Position numbers and translations under genes: made by a program. This document shows, in pieces, positions 16,786 to 26,978 of a stretch of 64,000 nucleotides of DNA. The DNA is taken from positions 39,388 through 103,387 of the forward strand of contig JAIOSV010000089.1 in assembly GCA_021107435.1 (NCBI GenBank), in the 5' to 3' direction. This DNA comes from Candidatus Sabulitectum sp. GTDB lineage: Bacteria > Fermentibacterota > Fermentibacteria > Fermentibacterales > JCC-6. Position 1 is the stretch's first letter. Each line of letters opens with the position of its first letter. A model generated the notes under the pieces. The model did no database searches and had not been told where the DNA came from. It worked only from the letters and a program-made list of their open reading frames with translations.

Positions 16786-17597
16786 ACTTTCGCCTTTCCT
16801 GCAAGCTCCGCGAACTTCTCCGGTTCAATTCTCTCAGCTCTGAGATCAGGATCAATGTTCGCAGCCTCTAACATAGCCATTGAATCAGTCTTTCCGAATA
16901 CCCTGGTGAGACAGTTAATCACTTTCTTCCTTCTGCCTGAGAAAGCAGCCCTTACAATCCTGGCAAAAATAGCATATTCATCTCTGTTGAGGAGCATATC
17001 CTTTCTTCTTTTGAGAATGACAACGCTGGAATCAACATTAGGTCTGGGCATGAAATCCCCGGGATTAAGATCAAAAAGTTTCTCGACAGTAAACCAGGGC
17101 CATACCAGCAGAGACAGTCGACCGTAATTTCTCCCGCCATCCAGGCAGGCAAGCCGTGTAGCCATCTCTTTCTGAAACATGAGAACGGCTTTTTCAACTT
17201 CGTCAAACTGCGGTTCGCAGAGAGTGAAAACAGTCTGAGAAGAGATGTTGTAAGGCAGATTGGATGCCACTGCGGAAAATGGGTAACCTGGAATACTTCT
17301 GGGATCTACTGAAAGAAAGTCGCCTGTTACCAGCCCCACACCGGGATATTCTCGTTTCAGCCACTCGGACATGGGCTCACTCAGTTCAATGGCGGACAAA
17401 TTGTGTCCGGCGCGAACCAGTCCATTCGTAAGAGCTCCAAGACCTGGACCAATCTCCAGAACAGTACCGGATACTTCACCCAGAGCATTTACTATCCGTC
17501 GAACTGCCAGGGGGTTAACAAGAAAGTTCTGCCCTTTCGACTTATCCGGTCTTAGCTCCAGTTCGTTCAGCGCTTGTCTTGTTTGACTGATATTCAT
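16782..17597 (-). CDS. rsmA: 16S rRNA (adenine1518/1519-N6)-dimethyltransferase
   Basis: The motifs GQNFLVNPLAVRRIV, VLEIGPGLGALT and NLPYNISS are diagnostic KsgA/RsmA motifs. Confidence 0.9.
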   Translation of the reverse strand: MNISQTRQALNELELRPDKSKGQNFLVNPLAVRRIVNALGEVSGTVLEIGPGLGALTNGLVRAGHNLSAIELSEPMSEWLKREYPGVGLVTGDFLSVDPRSIPGYPFSAVASNLPYNISSQTVFTLCEPQFDEVEKAVLMFQKEMATRLACLDGGRNYGRLSLLVWPWFTVEKLFDLNPGDFMPRPNVDSSVVILKRRKDMLLNRDEYAIFARIVRAAFSGRRKKVINCLTRVFGKTDSMAMLEAANIDPDLRAERIEPEKFAELAGKAKV

Positions 17598-17601
17598 TTT
17601 A

Positions 17602-18978
17602 TCAGCGTATCCTCAATGGCATCTGAAGCCTCTCTGCCAGGGCTGTCACGCGGTGCATATCAGCTCCTGAATTTTTAACAACGGAAACCCTGGCCCTGAT
17701 ACAAGTGGTCTTTACCAGCTTGATAAACTTCATCAGGTGCTCCCAGGGATCTTCAACTGTGGATGGACACACTCTGTTGTACTCTCTGGCCCCGGAAGCA
17801 TTCAAACTGATGTTCACCGAGTCGAAACAGCGCAGAAGCGTTACAACCTGCCGATCGCTGAGAAAGGAGGTGCAGAGGCCGTTGGTATTCAATCGGGTTT
17901 TTACTCCTCTGGCTCCAGCCGCCGTGGCGCTCGTCATGAGAAGGTCAGTTCTAAGTGTGGGTTCTCCAAAACCGCAGAATACAAGCTCCTTAAAACCCTC
18001 AATTGGAAACGCTTCAATAGTGGAGAGAACAAGGCTTTTAGAAGGGTCTTCTCTGTGCCTGAGGCTGTAACCGGCAATGCCGTCGGCAGATTTCCTGATG
18101 CAAAATCCACAGTTGTTCTGACATCTTGAAGTAAGATTGACGTAAAGGGAATCTCCATAACGGTAAACAATATCTGCCCTTCTGTTTCCCGGGTGAAGCC
18201 TGTATGCCCTCATGGCATTCTCCCAGAGGATGTACGAGGTGTTCTCTATAGACATGTTATCACCCCAAAGTTCCCTGATTTTCATGATGATAAACCCGGT
18301 AAAGGCCGGTTGATTCCTTCTGCCCCTGAAAGGCTCCGGAGGCAGAAAAGGTGAATCCGTCTCAACAAGAAGTCTGTCTCTGGGAATCCTGGGAATCAGT
18401 CCACGAAGCTTGTTGCTTTTTTTATAGGTCAGAGGACCATCGACTCCGATATAGAAGCCTCTGGCAACAGCTATGTCTGTAAGCGACTCATCACCGCCCC
18501 AGCAGTGCAGTATCACAGGTACCGATAAAGATGATGGCAGCTGGTTGAGAACTTCAGACTCTGCCCCCCGTGAATGTACTATCAGAGGATAGCCGATTGA
18601 CTCCGCAAGCTCAATATGCCGGTGAAACCACCGGATCTGTTTCGCCGGTTCGAAAGTTCCGTGATGATAATCAAGACCAGTTTCCCCCACTGCAACGGTA
18701 TTGGGTCGAAGCAGCACATGCTTAATGGCAAGCCATTCCGCTTCACCGATACTCTCCTCAGGCAAATGCTCAGGGTGAAACGCTGCCGCAGAGAAGAGGT
18801 TATATTTCTCGGCAATATCCGCAGATCTCTCTGCCGTCTCGACATCAATGGAAGGTATCATAATGTGACTGATTCCAGCTTTTCCTGAATCAGTAACCAC
18901 TGCATCCAGATCTTCGTTAAAGTGGTGAAAGTGCAGGTGGCAATGGCTGTCAAATCCCAGTGTCATGACAAACCTCAA
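17602..18978 (-). CDS. TatD-family metal-dependent hydrolase fused to a radical SAM domain
   Basis: The N-terminal ~255 aa carry TatD motifs (FDSHCHLHF, GETGLDYH, LIVHSRGA, VETDSPFL). The C-terminal ~200 aa carry CQNNCGFC (CxxxCxxC radical-SAM cluster motif) and match the TatD-associated radical SAM family. It is a single uninterrupted 458-aa ORF. Confidence 0.75.
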   Translation of the reverse strand: MRFVMTLGFDSHCHLHFHHFNEDLDAVVTDSGKAGISHIMIPSIDVETAERSADIAEKYNLFSAAAFHPEHLPEESIGEAEWLAIKHVLLRPNTVAVGETGLDYHHGTFEPAKQIRWFHRHIELAESIGYPLIVHSRGAESEVLNQLPSSLSVPVILHCWGGDESLTDIAVARGFYIGVDGPLTYKKSNKLRGLIPRIPRDRLLVETDSPFLPPEPFRGRRNQPAFTGFIIMKIRELWGDNMSIENTSYILWENAMRAYRLHPGNRRADIVYRYGDSLYVNLTSRCQNNCGFCIRKSADGIAGYSLRHREDPSKSLVLSTIEAFPIEGFKELVFCGFGEPTLRTDLLMTSATAAGARGVKTRLNTNGLCTSFLSDRQVVTLLRCFDSVNISLNASGAREYNRVCPSTVEDPWEHLMKFIKLVKTTCIRARVSVVKNSGADMHRVTALAERLQMPLRIR

Positions 18979-20228
18979 CGCCAGATGACATCGTCACGTC
19001 CGGGGCCTGTGGAAATCGATGTAATTGGAACATCCACAATCTTCTCTACTGCAAGGACGTACTGCTTTGCTTCCACCGGAAGGTTTTCCCATTCAGTCTC
19101 TCCACGTATGTTCCTCGTCCAGCCGGCAAGAGTTTCATAGACAGGAACCAGTTCGTCCATTGATCGTCCGGTGGTGAATTTGCCGCCTTCATATCCCGTA
19201 CAGATTTTCAACTGATCAAAGCCACTCAAAACATCGAGAAGTGTCAGTGTAATGGAAGTGCAGCCATTGATTCTTGCCGAATATTCCGCAAGCACGCAGT
19301 CAAGCCATCCACATCTTCTGGGTCTTCCTGTGGTAGTTCCAAACTCATGCCCTGCCTGACGTATCCTCTCTCCAGTCTCATTGTTCAGTTCGGTGGGGAA
19401 GGGACCTGCTCCAACTCTGGTGGTGTATGCCTTGAGAATTCCTGTAACCTCAGTCACCATTGTGGGGCCGAATCCAAGACTGGTGCATGCAGCCCCGGAA
19501 ACACACTGCCCGCAGGTGACAAAGGGATAAGAACCATGATCGGGGTCGAGGAGTGACCCCTGGGCACCCTCTGCTATCACCAATCCATTATCTTTAAGAA
19601 CATGGCTGATGGAAAGTGAAACATCATCGCAGTAACGGGAAACTTCTCTGGTTGCTTCAATGAATTTCTCAGCGGAAGAGTGAAGTTCTTCAATCTTTGC
19701 CTGGCTTATATTCAGGGATTTTATTGCTTCATTTGTGTGGAAATCTACAAGAGTCCTGAAGGTCTCAGTGTTGAACACATCTTCGAGTCGGATTGCGTTG
19801 CGCCTGTATTTTCTCTCGTAAGTAGGACCAATCCCCCGGCCTGTAGTTCCAATCTTTCCGCCTGCCAGATCCGATTCATTCTGCTTTTCCACACACTTGT
19901 ATCCAGGATGAGTAAGGTTGATTTTACCTGAAATCTTCAATCTGCCGTCAACCGGAATGCCATTATCCTCCAGTGACTTGATCTCCTCAAGGATTGAAAC
20001 GGGATCCATTGCACATGCGGAACCTATCATTCCTGTAACGCCTCTGCGAACAAGGCCGGAAGGAAGCAGATGAAGGGCAAATCTTTTACCATCCGCTTCA
20101 ACTGTGTGACCTGCATTGGCACCTCCGCTGAACCTTGCTACAACCACAGCGTTCTCCGCCATGTGATCGACCATCTTTCCCTTTCCCTCGTCTCCCCACT
20201 GAAGGCCAACAACTATACTAACAGGCAT
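18975..20228 (-). CDS. purA: Adenylosuccinate synthetase
   Basis: Start is taken at MPVSIVVGLQWGDEGKGK (P-loop). The downstream motifs GGANAGHTV and GTTGRGIGP confirm the family. The ATG at 20228 lies just after the engB stop. Confidence 0.9.
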   Translation of the reverse strand: MPVSIVVGLQWGDEGKGKMVDHMAENAVVVARFSGGANAGHTVEADGKRFALHLLPSGLVRRGVTGMIGSACAMDPVSILEEIKSLEDNGIPVDGRLKISGKINLTHPGYKCVEKQNESDLAGGKIGTTGRGIGPTYERKYRRNAIRLEDVFNTETFRTLVDFHTNEAIKSLNISQAKIEELHSSAEKFIEATREVSRYCDDVSLSISHVLKDNGLVIAEGAQGSLLDPDHGSYPFVTCGQCVSGAACTSLGFGPTMVTEVTGILKAYTTRVGAGPFPTELNNETGERIRQAGHEFGTTTGRPRRCGWLDCVLAEYSARINGCTSITLTLLDVLSGFDQLKICTGYEGGKFTTGRSMDELVPVYETLAGWTRNIRGETEWENLPVEAKQYVLAVEKIVDVPITSISTGPGRDDVIWR

Positions 20229-20230
20229 TA

Positions 20231-20869
20231 TCAGCTCCCCGCTGAAAGTGTGGCGGTGGCTGTGGCCAGCCACTTGCAAAGCTCATTGATTCCACTGCCG
20301 TCAACTGAGGAAACCGGAATAACAGGTCCCAGCTCACCGGCAATTCTTACAGACTGTGCCAATTTATTTCTTTTCAGTTTATCGCTTTTAGTTAAAGCTA
20401 CAATGTATGGTTTGCCTCCTTCCATGAGAAACCTTGCCATGGAAAGATCGTTCTCCATTTCCGGATGCCTGGCATCCACCAGAAGCACAGTTCCCCGAAG
20501 AGGTTTTCTTTCCCGGAGGTACCAGCCAATCCAACCAATCCATTGTTTACGCAGTCTTTCCGGGGCTTTGGCAAAACCATATCCGGGAAGATCTGCAATG
20601 TAGAAATTTTTGTTTGTGGTAAAGATGTTTATGTACTGGGTACAGCCGGGTCTGGAACTCGTTCTGGCAATCTTTGATCCGCCTGCCAGCTTGTTGATAA
20701 GAGACGATTTACCCACATTGGATCTTCCGATAAAAGCCATTTCCGGCAGACCATCGGTGGGCAGACCGGTTCTGCCAGGGCAACTTTTAAGAAACTGGAT
20801 ATGCAATTTCGCCAAGTCAGACAGCTTCCTTCCGGATATCCTGCACAACCATCTCAGGCAACTCTCCAT
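20231..20869 (-). CDS. engB: Ribosome-biogenesis GTPase EngB/YsxC/YihA
   Basis: The motifs [15 protein letters not shown] (G1), DLPGYGFA (G3) and TKSDK (G4) are present. The exact start is uncertain because the ORF 5' end overlaps the clpX 3' end. Confidence 0.8.
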   Translation of the reverse strand: MESCLRWLCRISGRKLSDLAKLHIQFLKSCPGRTGLPTDGLPEMAFIGRSNVGKSSLINKLAGGSKIARTSSRPGCTQYINIFTTNKNFYIADLPGYGFAKAPERLRKQWIGWIGWYLRERKPLRGTVLLVDARHPEMENDLSMARFLMEGGKPYIVALTKSDKLKRNKLAQSVRIAGELGPVIPVSSVDGSGINELCKWLATATATLSAGS

Positions 20870-22067
20870 CCAGAACACACTTCTCATTTATGATCAATTC
20901 GCTGAAAGGCTGCTTTCTTGATGGTGTTGTGTACATAGGTTCAAGGAGTATCCGTTCCACAATGGAACGCAGCCCCCGTGCACCGCTCTGACTTTTTTTA
21001 GCTTCCCTGGCAATAGCCAGAAGAGCATCATCTGTAATCCGCAGGTCAACGCCCTCAAGGTTGAACATGTATCTGTACTGCTTGACAAGAGCATTTTTAG
21101 GCTCTGTCAGTACACGGATAAGATCTTTCTCTGAAAGATCATCCAGAGTGACCACAACTGGCAGGCGCCCAACCAGCTCAGGGATTATACCGTAGTGAAC
21201 CAGATCATGTGCTTCGATCTTTCTGAGAATTTTTGTTCCTTCAAATTCTTCTTCATTGCCCAGCTCGGCGTTGAATCCCAGAGAAGATCTCCGGACTCTC
21301 TTTGAAATAATCTTTTCTATACCGTGGAAAGCTCCACCGCAAATAAACAAAATCCCGGTAGTATCCACCTGAATGTGATCCTGATAGGGGTGTTTCCGGC
21401 CACCGCCTGGCGGAACTCCGGCAACTGTACCCTCAATCATCTTCAGAAGAGCCTGCTGAACACCCTCACCTGAGACATCTCTTGTTATTGAGGAATTCTC
21501 TGATTTTCTCGCGATTTTATCTATCTCATCAATGTAGATGATTCCGTGCTCCGCGAGATCCACATCCATATCTGTAACCTGAAGAAGTCTGAGAAGAATA
21601 TTCTCTACATCTTCCCCAACATATCCGGCTTCAGTAAGCGTTGTTGCGTCCGCGATGGCAAAGGGCACATCAAGTATCTTTGCGAGAGTTCTGGCCAGGA
21701 GCGTTTTGCCAACTCCGGTAGGTCCAAGCAGAACAATGTTGCTCTTCTCAAGTTCAACAGAAGCAGTACTGTCATGTTTGCTCTGAAGTCTTCTGTAATG
21801 ATTGTAGACCGCTACTGATAGAACTTTCTTCGCTTCATCCTGTCCGACCACATGCTGATCAAGCTGTTCCTTGATCTCTACGGGTGTAGGCAGATCACTT
21901 TTAAGAAAATCGGGTTTACTGCCACCCTTCTTCTCGCTGGTTTCTTCCACAATTTCATGGCAGTAGCGCACACAGTCGTCACAGATAAAAACACCTGGAC
22001 CCTGAATGAGGTTATTCACCTCTGCGGCGGATCTGTTACAGAATGAACATCGGTTCTCTTTGGGCAT
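20817..22067 (-). CDS. clpX: ATP-dependent Clp protease ATP-binding subunit ClpX
   Basis: It has an N-terminal zinc-binding motif (CSFCNRS…CDDC), a Walker A ([10 protein letters not shown]) and the ClpX GYVGEDVE pore loop. Confidence 0.95.
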   Translation of the reverse strand: MPKENRCSFCNRSAAEVNNLIQGPGVFICDDCVRYCHEIVEETSEKKGGSKPDFLKSDLPTPVEIKEQLDQHVVGQDEAKKVLSVAVYNHYRRLQSKHDSTASVELEKSNIVLLGPTGVGKTLLARTLAKILDVPFAIADATTLTEAGYVGEDVENILLRLLQVTDMDVDLAEHGIIYIDEIDKIARKSENSSITRDVSGEGVQQALLKMIEGTVAGVPPGGGRKHPYQDHIQVDTTGILFICGGAFHGIEKIISKRVRRSSLGFNAELGNEEEFEGTKILRKIEAHDLVHYGIIPELVGRLPVVVTLDDLSEKDLIRVLTEPKNALVKQYRYMFNLEGVDLRITDDALLAIAREAKKSQSGARGLRSIVERILLEPMYTTPSRKQPFSELIINEKCVLDGELPEMVVQDIRKEAV

Positions 22068-22069
22068 TT

Positions 22070-22654
22070 TCAGTCTCGATTCGTCAAAATATTGTCAACT
22101 ATTCCGTAATCCAATGCTTCTTTCGCGTCCATCCAGAAATTTCTATCACTATCCAGGTTAACCCTCTCAACACCCTGTCCTGTGTGATACGACAGGATCT
22201 GATCCATCTGCTCACGGATTTTAAGGATTTCTCTTGCTTCTATCTGGATGTCCGCAGACTGTCCTCTGGCACCACCGCTGGGCTGGTGAATCATGACTCT
22301 GGCGTGGGGCAGAATACTTCTCTTTCCCTTTGCCCCTGCCGCGAGAAGAACGGAGGCCATTGAAGCGGCGCTTCCCATGCAGAAGGTGGAAATATCCGGC
22401 TTGATGAATTCCATTGTATCGTATATAGCCAATCCTGCGGATATTGAGCCTCCAGGACTGTGAATGTACATGTTGATATCCCGCTTTGTGTCCTGACCTT
22501 CAAGAAATAGAAGCTGCGCTACAACAACACTTGCAGTCTGAGCAGTGATAGCGTCTGCGATAAAGATGATTCGATCCTTCAGGAGTCTTGAGTAGATATC
22601 ATACGATCTCTCGGAATTGCCCTCTCTCTCAACCACAAAGGGAATTACAGGCAT
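22070..22654 (-). CDS. clpP: ATP-dependent Clp protease proteolytic subunit
   Basis: 194-aa protein with the motifs [25 protein letters not shown] and VMIHQP, the ClpP catalytic-triad context. Confidence 0.95.
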   Translation of the reverse strand: MPVIPFVVEREGNSERSYDIYSRLLKDRIIFIADAITAQTASVVVAQLLFLEGQDTKRDINMYIHSPGGSISAGLAIYDTMEFIKPDISTFCMGSAASMASVLLAAGAKGKRSILPHARVMIHQPSGGARGQSADIQIEAREILKIREQMDQILSYHTGQGVERVNLDSDRNFWMDAKEALDYGIVDNILTNRD

Positions 22655-23919
22655 TATTCTTCTCCTTTGTCACTTGTTTCAGTTTCAGAAGGGTCAACTG
22701 CAACCCATTTCCAGGGAGCCACATCCGATTCATGGGAATCTTCTTCCTGAGCCTTCTCTTCAATTACTGCTGAGTTTAAAACGAATTCCAGTGCCTTTTC
22801 GTTCCTGTTCCTGTCCAGATATGAGGATCTGCTATCACCTGAGGCAAGAGCCCTGTCAATCTCCTCCTCTGTAATCTCAAGACTTTCGCGTATGGCAATT
22901 TCGCGAAGGATAAGAAATTCCCTGACTTTTCTCTCAGCCATTTCACCTGCGGCTTTTTCCGTTTCTTCAGTGGAATCTCCGCCTTCAAGTCGACTCACAT
23001 AATCTGCAGTGAGGTTTTCAACCATGAACCTGGGGACATCAAACACATTACTGTCCAGCATGCTGTCAATGGCCTGTCTTTCAGTGAAGCTTTTCATTTC
23101 TGAGTCAAACCGGCCGGTGACATCGTCGCGAACCTTCTGGCGAAATTCTTCCATTGTCTGGAAGCCACCCGCCTTTGTGGCAAACTCGTCATCCATCTCG
23201 GGCAGAGAATGCATCTTCACTTCTTTAACTGTAAATGTATGTGCAGGACCCTTGAGACCCGGGTCATCTCCCTTCTCCACCTTCATCTGCATGGTGAAGA
23301 CATCCCCTGCTTTCACTCCTGTAATAAGCTCGTCAAACCCCGGCCCCATGTCATTCTGTCCGATAACGGCAGTAAGCTCTCTGGGGTCGGAATCCCCTTT
23401 CCCGTCAGGATCGGGGTACGTAAGAATGACAAGATCATCTTTCGCGGAAGGCTGATCGGTTTCATCAAAGGTCACAAACTGCCTGCGAATATTATCAAGG
23501 GTCTCCTCAATAACTTTTTCGAAATCATAAGTGGGAACTGATAACTTGATTTCTTTGTAATCCACCGGTTCAGGTGTCTGGTAAATGTGATAGGTGACCG
23601 TATAGACATAATCTTTACCTTCAACCGGAAGCACACTGTCAAATTTCGGATCATTGTCGGAAAGAACCCAGTCGAACTTGTCGAAAAGACCTTCAGTAAG
23701 CTGCTTATGAGCATTCTCCGCAACTTCAGCGAGTATAATGTTACCAAATTTCTTTTCAATAATGCTGTCCGGGACATGACCGGGACGAAAACCGGGGATG
23801 TTGACTTCTCTGGAGATGTCTTTTTTTACTTTTCTGAAAACTTTTTTAAGGTCAGAGGCGTCCATTTTAAACTGGACAACTCTCTTATCGCCCTCTTCCT
23901 TTATCAATTCGTAGGCCAT
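22654..23919 (-). CDS. tig: Trigger factor
   Basis: Start is taken at [15 protein letters not shown]. It has a GFRPGHVP ribosome-binding/PPIase motif. It sits in the canonical tig-clpP-clpX order. Confidence 0.85.
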   Translation of the reverse strand: MAYELIKEEGDKRVVQFKMDASDLKKVFRKVKKDISREVNIPGFRPGHVPDSIIEKKFGNIILAEVAENAHKQLTEGLFDKFDWVLSDNDPKFDSVLPVEGKDYVYTVTYHIYQTPEPVDYKEIKLSVPTYDFEKVIEETLDNIRRQFVTFDETDQPSAKDDLVILTYPDPDGKGDSDPRELTAVIGQNDMGPGFDELITGVKAGDVFTMQMKVEKGDDPGLKGPAHTFTVKEVKMHSLPEMDDEFATKAGGFQTMEEFRQKVRDDVTGRFDSEMKSFTERQAIDSMLDSNVFDVPRFMVENLTADYVSRLEGGDSTEETEKAAGEMAERKVREFLILREIAIRESLEITEEEIDRALASGDSRSSYLDRNRNEKALEFVLNSAVIEEKAQEEDSHESDVAPWKWVAVDPSETETSDKGEE

Positions 23920-24097
23920 TGTCTCCTCTTTTTCTGTGCAGTTACGAAAACGCACCCCTGCCACCACTGACTGCGTGATCGGCAACCAGCTGTGCGACAT
24001 ACAGTTACAAGCCCCCTTCGAGGGGATTCATTAATCTACTTCAGCACAGTATTATGCTTGAATTCTCCTCAGAAAGCCAAGTAACCGCATTTTAAAC

Positions 24098-24763
24098 TTA
24101 CTGCCCGCCTCTTCTGCCGGCGATGAGACGAGCTTCTTCGCTGTTGGGATAGCTTTCCAGAATCAGTGTTTCAAGCCGATGCATCTCTGCCGCTGCTGAA
24201 TTGGCACTGTAAATTGCTGCGGCTCTGGCAAGAGCCGGTGCGGCCTTCTCAGATGATGGATACCTGTAGTAAACAGCAGCCAGCTCTTCTATAGCCCGAT
24301 GGGTTTCACCAAGGCTCTGATGACAGAGAGCCAGATAGTAAAGCGCGTCATCTGCTATATCAGCATCGGGACTTCCCATAGCAACTTCAAAAAAACCATC
24401 CGCCGCTACAGAATAACCTCCCTGCTGATACTGGCGGAAAGCCTCTTCATAGGCAATCCGCACACCGGCAGGTGTTCCGGTTGATCCGGAAGAACTGGTT
24501 GAGTTAAGCAATCTCTCCAGCTGATCAGCCAGTTCCAGAAGGTTCTGCGTCTGGTCTCCACCACGCATCCCCGCCTGAGCCTGTATCGCTCTCAGCAGAA
24601 TCTCATTCTGCTCCGAAACTATCCTCAGGGAATCAAGCATCCGGGTAATCTGCTCGGTTCTTACATCAATATCTTCAACTCTTCCGGGTGAATTAACCCA
24701 CTGACCGCCCCAGCACGCAGTGAGAAGAAGAACAGCAGCGACAGGCAGCAATAGCAGTTTCAT
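24098..24763 (-). CDS. cpoB: Tol-Pal system protein CpoB/YbgF (coiled-coil + TPR)
   Basis: It has signal peptide MKLLLLPVAAVLLLTAC and an N-terminal coiled coil. The C-terminus has TPR-like repeats (YQQGGY…ALYYLALC…AAAIYS). It lies immediately downstream of pal. Confidence 0.7.
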   Translation of the reverse strand: MKLLLLPVAAVLLLTACWGGQWVNSPGRVEDIDVRTEQITRMLDSLRIVSEQNEILLRAIQAQAGMRGGDQTQNLLELADQLERLLNSTSSSGSTGTPAGVRIAYEEAFRQYQQGGYSVAADGFFEVAMGSPDADIADDALYYLALCHQSLGETHRAIEELAAVYYRYPSSEKAAPALARAAAIYSANSAAAEMHRLETLILESYPNSEEARLIAGRRGGQ

Positions 24764-24766
24764 AAT

Positions 24767-25298
24767 TTACTCCGGAATAACGCGCAGATGCACGCGTCTG
24801 TTCTGCGAAAGCGCCCAGTCGTCTTCACCGGAGACAAATGGTCGCTCTTTACCGTAACTCACAGTCTCAAGCCTGAATGAAGGTATCCCGTAGTTTGACA
24901 GATAATCGTACACCGACTGAGCCCTTCTTTCGCCCAGGGCGAGGTTGTAGTCGATGGTTCCTCTGTTGTCACAATGCCCTTCAAGAAGCAGCCGGAAGCC
25001 GGGATTGTTCATGATATAGTCTGCATCAGCCATGAGAATCTGGAGCATCTCCGGAGAAAGATCCTCAGAATCGTACTGAAAAAATACATCGTTCAAAACC
25101 AGTTGGTGCTCCGCAAGCCGGTCAGCATAGGTAATCACTGTGTCATCCACCCAGACACCCACATCCAGTGTATCATCCGCAATAAACGCTAAAGAATCCG
25201 GATCATGGACAGGATTATCATCTGTGTCATCGGGCCTGCAGCCGGCAGCAAAACCGGCGATCAGGCAACATGCAAAAATCAGTGCTGCTTTTTTCACT
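24767..25298 (-). CDS. pal: Peptidoglycan-associated lipoprotein (OmpA-family)
   Basis: GTG start at 25298 preceded by a GGAGG RBS (verified by hand). The lipobox is LIAGFAAGC. The OmpA-like domain carries LLEGHCDNRGT..YNLALGERRA. Confidence 0.85.
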
Positions 25299-26487
25299 GA
25301 ATTCCTCCCTGAATAGTCACAGGTGACCATGTTGCGCAGTAGCTTTCACTGCCACTGGACAGCCTGTAAACAGTTAGTTTATTTAGTTCCAGCAGATAGA
25401 TGGATCTTACTCCATCTCTGTCACTTGAAAATGCAAGGTGACCACCGGTCGGGGACCATACGGGATCCTCGTTGAGAGTACCCTCTGCGGTAACCTGTTT
25501 TATATCCGTTCCGTCCACATTCATCACAAAGATGTGAAAGTTGCCATTGGATCTGGCACAGTAAGCGATTCTGTCTCCAGCCGGCGACCATGACGGACTG
25601 TCGCAGTATCCGTGGGCAAATCCGGCTCTTTCCGCGGTACCTCCAGCAGAATCCATTATGTAAAGCTGAGGATAGCCAACCCTGTCGCTGGTAAGAATCA
25701 TCTGCTGCCCTGTAGGCGAAAACGACGCTGATGTTTCAATTGATCCTCTTGCGGTAAGTCTCTGAACATCTCCTGAAGCTGTATCAAATCTGTGTATATC
25801 CGAATTGCCGCTGATGCTTCTTGTAAACGCGATATACCTGGAACCGGGTGTCCATGCAGGTGATGAATTCAATCCTCCTGTGATTATTCTTCGTGCAGAA
25901 GCGTTATCAAATGAGTACAGATAAAGATCTCCAAAACCATTCCTGTACGAAGTAAACGCAATATCCCCGCCATCCGGGCTCCAGGCAGGAGTAGTAATAA
26001 CTTCGTCGTCGGTGACAATAACTTGAGGTGTGCGTGAGTCCAGAGATTGAGCCTTAAGAGAGTACACTCCATTGTTTCTGGAAATGAATGCCACCTGAGT
26101 AGATGCAATCCCCTGTTCTCCGGAAAGCAGATAGACAAACTCGTCCGCGAACCGGTGAATAAGTGATTCCCAGGAAGAGCCTGAATACTCTTTCTTCAGA
26201 AGCATCTCTCCTTCAAGCCCCGCGACATCCACAGACAGTATGTAACTGCCGCTTCTTCCGGAGAGAACACACCGTGCGTGGGCATACCCGTCTCCCTGAT
26301 TCGCTGTCTCAAGTATTCCGGAGAAATCAATGTCGAATTCCAGTTGATTCAACGCCTCCGAAGCATCCCCGCAGCCGGTAAGCTGCACACTGACAGGAAT
26401 ACATTCCGCCCCAATGGGAGTCATCTGCATGAACTCGGAAGAAAAACCGCTGAACGCGAGAATCAACCCCGCCATCAGAAACTTCAT
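25294..26487 (-). CDS. tolB: Tol-Pal system beta-propeller protein TolB
   Basis: It has a signal peptide, an N-terminal TolB domain, and repeated PAWSPDG/PSWSPAG…FTS…G beta-propeller blades. Confidence 0.85.
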   Translation of the reverse strand: MKFLMAGLILAFSGFSSEFMQMTPIGAECIPVSVQLTGCGDASEALNQLEFDIDFSGILETANQGDGYAHARCVLSGRSGSYILSVDVAGLEGEMLLKKEYSGSSWESLIHRFADEFVYLLSGEQGIASTQVAFISRNNGVYSLKAQSLDSRTPQVIVTDDEVITTPAWSPDGGDIAFTSYRNGFGDLYLYSFDNASARRIITGGLNSSPAWTPGSRYIAFTRSISGNSDIHRFDTASGDVQRLTARGSIETSASFSPTGQQMILTSDRVGYPQLYIMDSAGGTAERAGFAHGYCDSPSWSPAGDRIAYCARSNGNFHIFVMNVDGTDIKQVTAEGTLNEDPVWSPTGGHLAFSSDRDGVRSIYLLELNKLTVYRLSSGSESYCATWSPVTIQGGIQ

Positions 26488-26731
26488 TGAACACCACTCT
26501 TTCGCTTTCCCAATTTATGACTACCTGTATGGCTACTATACTATTCCAATGGGTCGAATTGTTCCAACAGAGCAAAAACACCAAAACAAAAACTGACCCG
26601 AACCCGCAGATAACAAATTTCTCAAAAGAGTAGTAATCTCATCAGATGAGAATGCGGAATCAGAGCGGAAGAATCCAGTTGTAAAGCAAGAGGAAGCGCG
26701 CTCCCGGATACCAGCCTTTTCCCTTTCATAT

Positions 26732-26965
26732 TCAACTCAGCATCTTCTTTATGTCACCAGGAGATGGTACTTTTCCGGACACCTTTACAACTCCATCAAC
26801 AGCCAGTGCAGGTGTTATCATCACTCCAAAGCTCAGGATCTGATTAAGATCTGTAACCTTCTCCAGTTCATATTCAATGCCCAGTTCAAGAGCAGCGTTT
26901 TCCGCCACCTCAGCCATTTTTTTGCATTTCGGGCATCCTGTACCCAGCACCTGTATCTTGATCAT
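26732..26965 (-). CDS. Thioredoxin-fold redox-active disulfide protein 2 (TM0996/MTH895-like)
   Basis: Start is taken at MIKIQVLGTGCPKCKKM, which contains the CPKC redox motif. The protein is ~77 aa. It lies immediately downstream of the permease, a pair often conserved in ars-type operons. Confidence 0.75.
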   Translation of the reverse strand: MIKIQVLGTGCPKCKKMAEVAENAALELGIEYELEKVTDLNQILSFGVMITPALAVDGVVKVSGKVPSPGDIKKMLS

Positions 26966-26978
26966 TTTTTCTCTCCTT

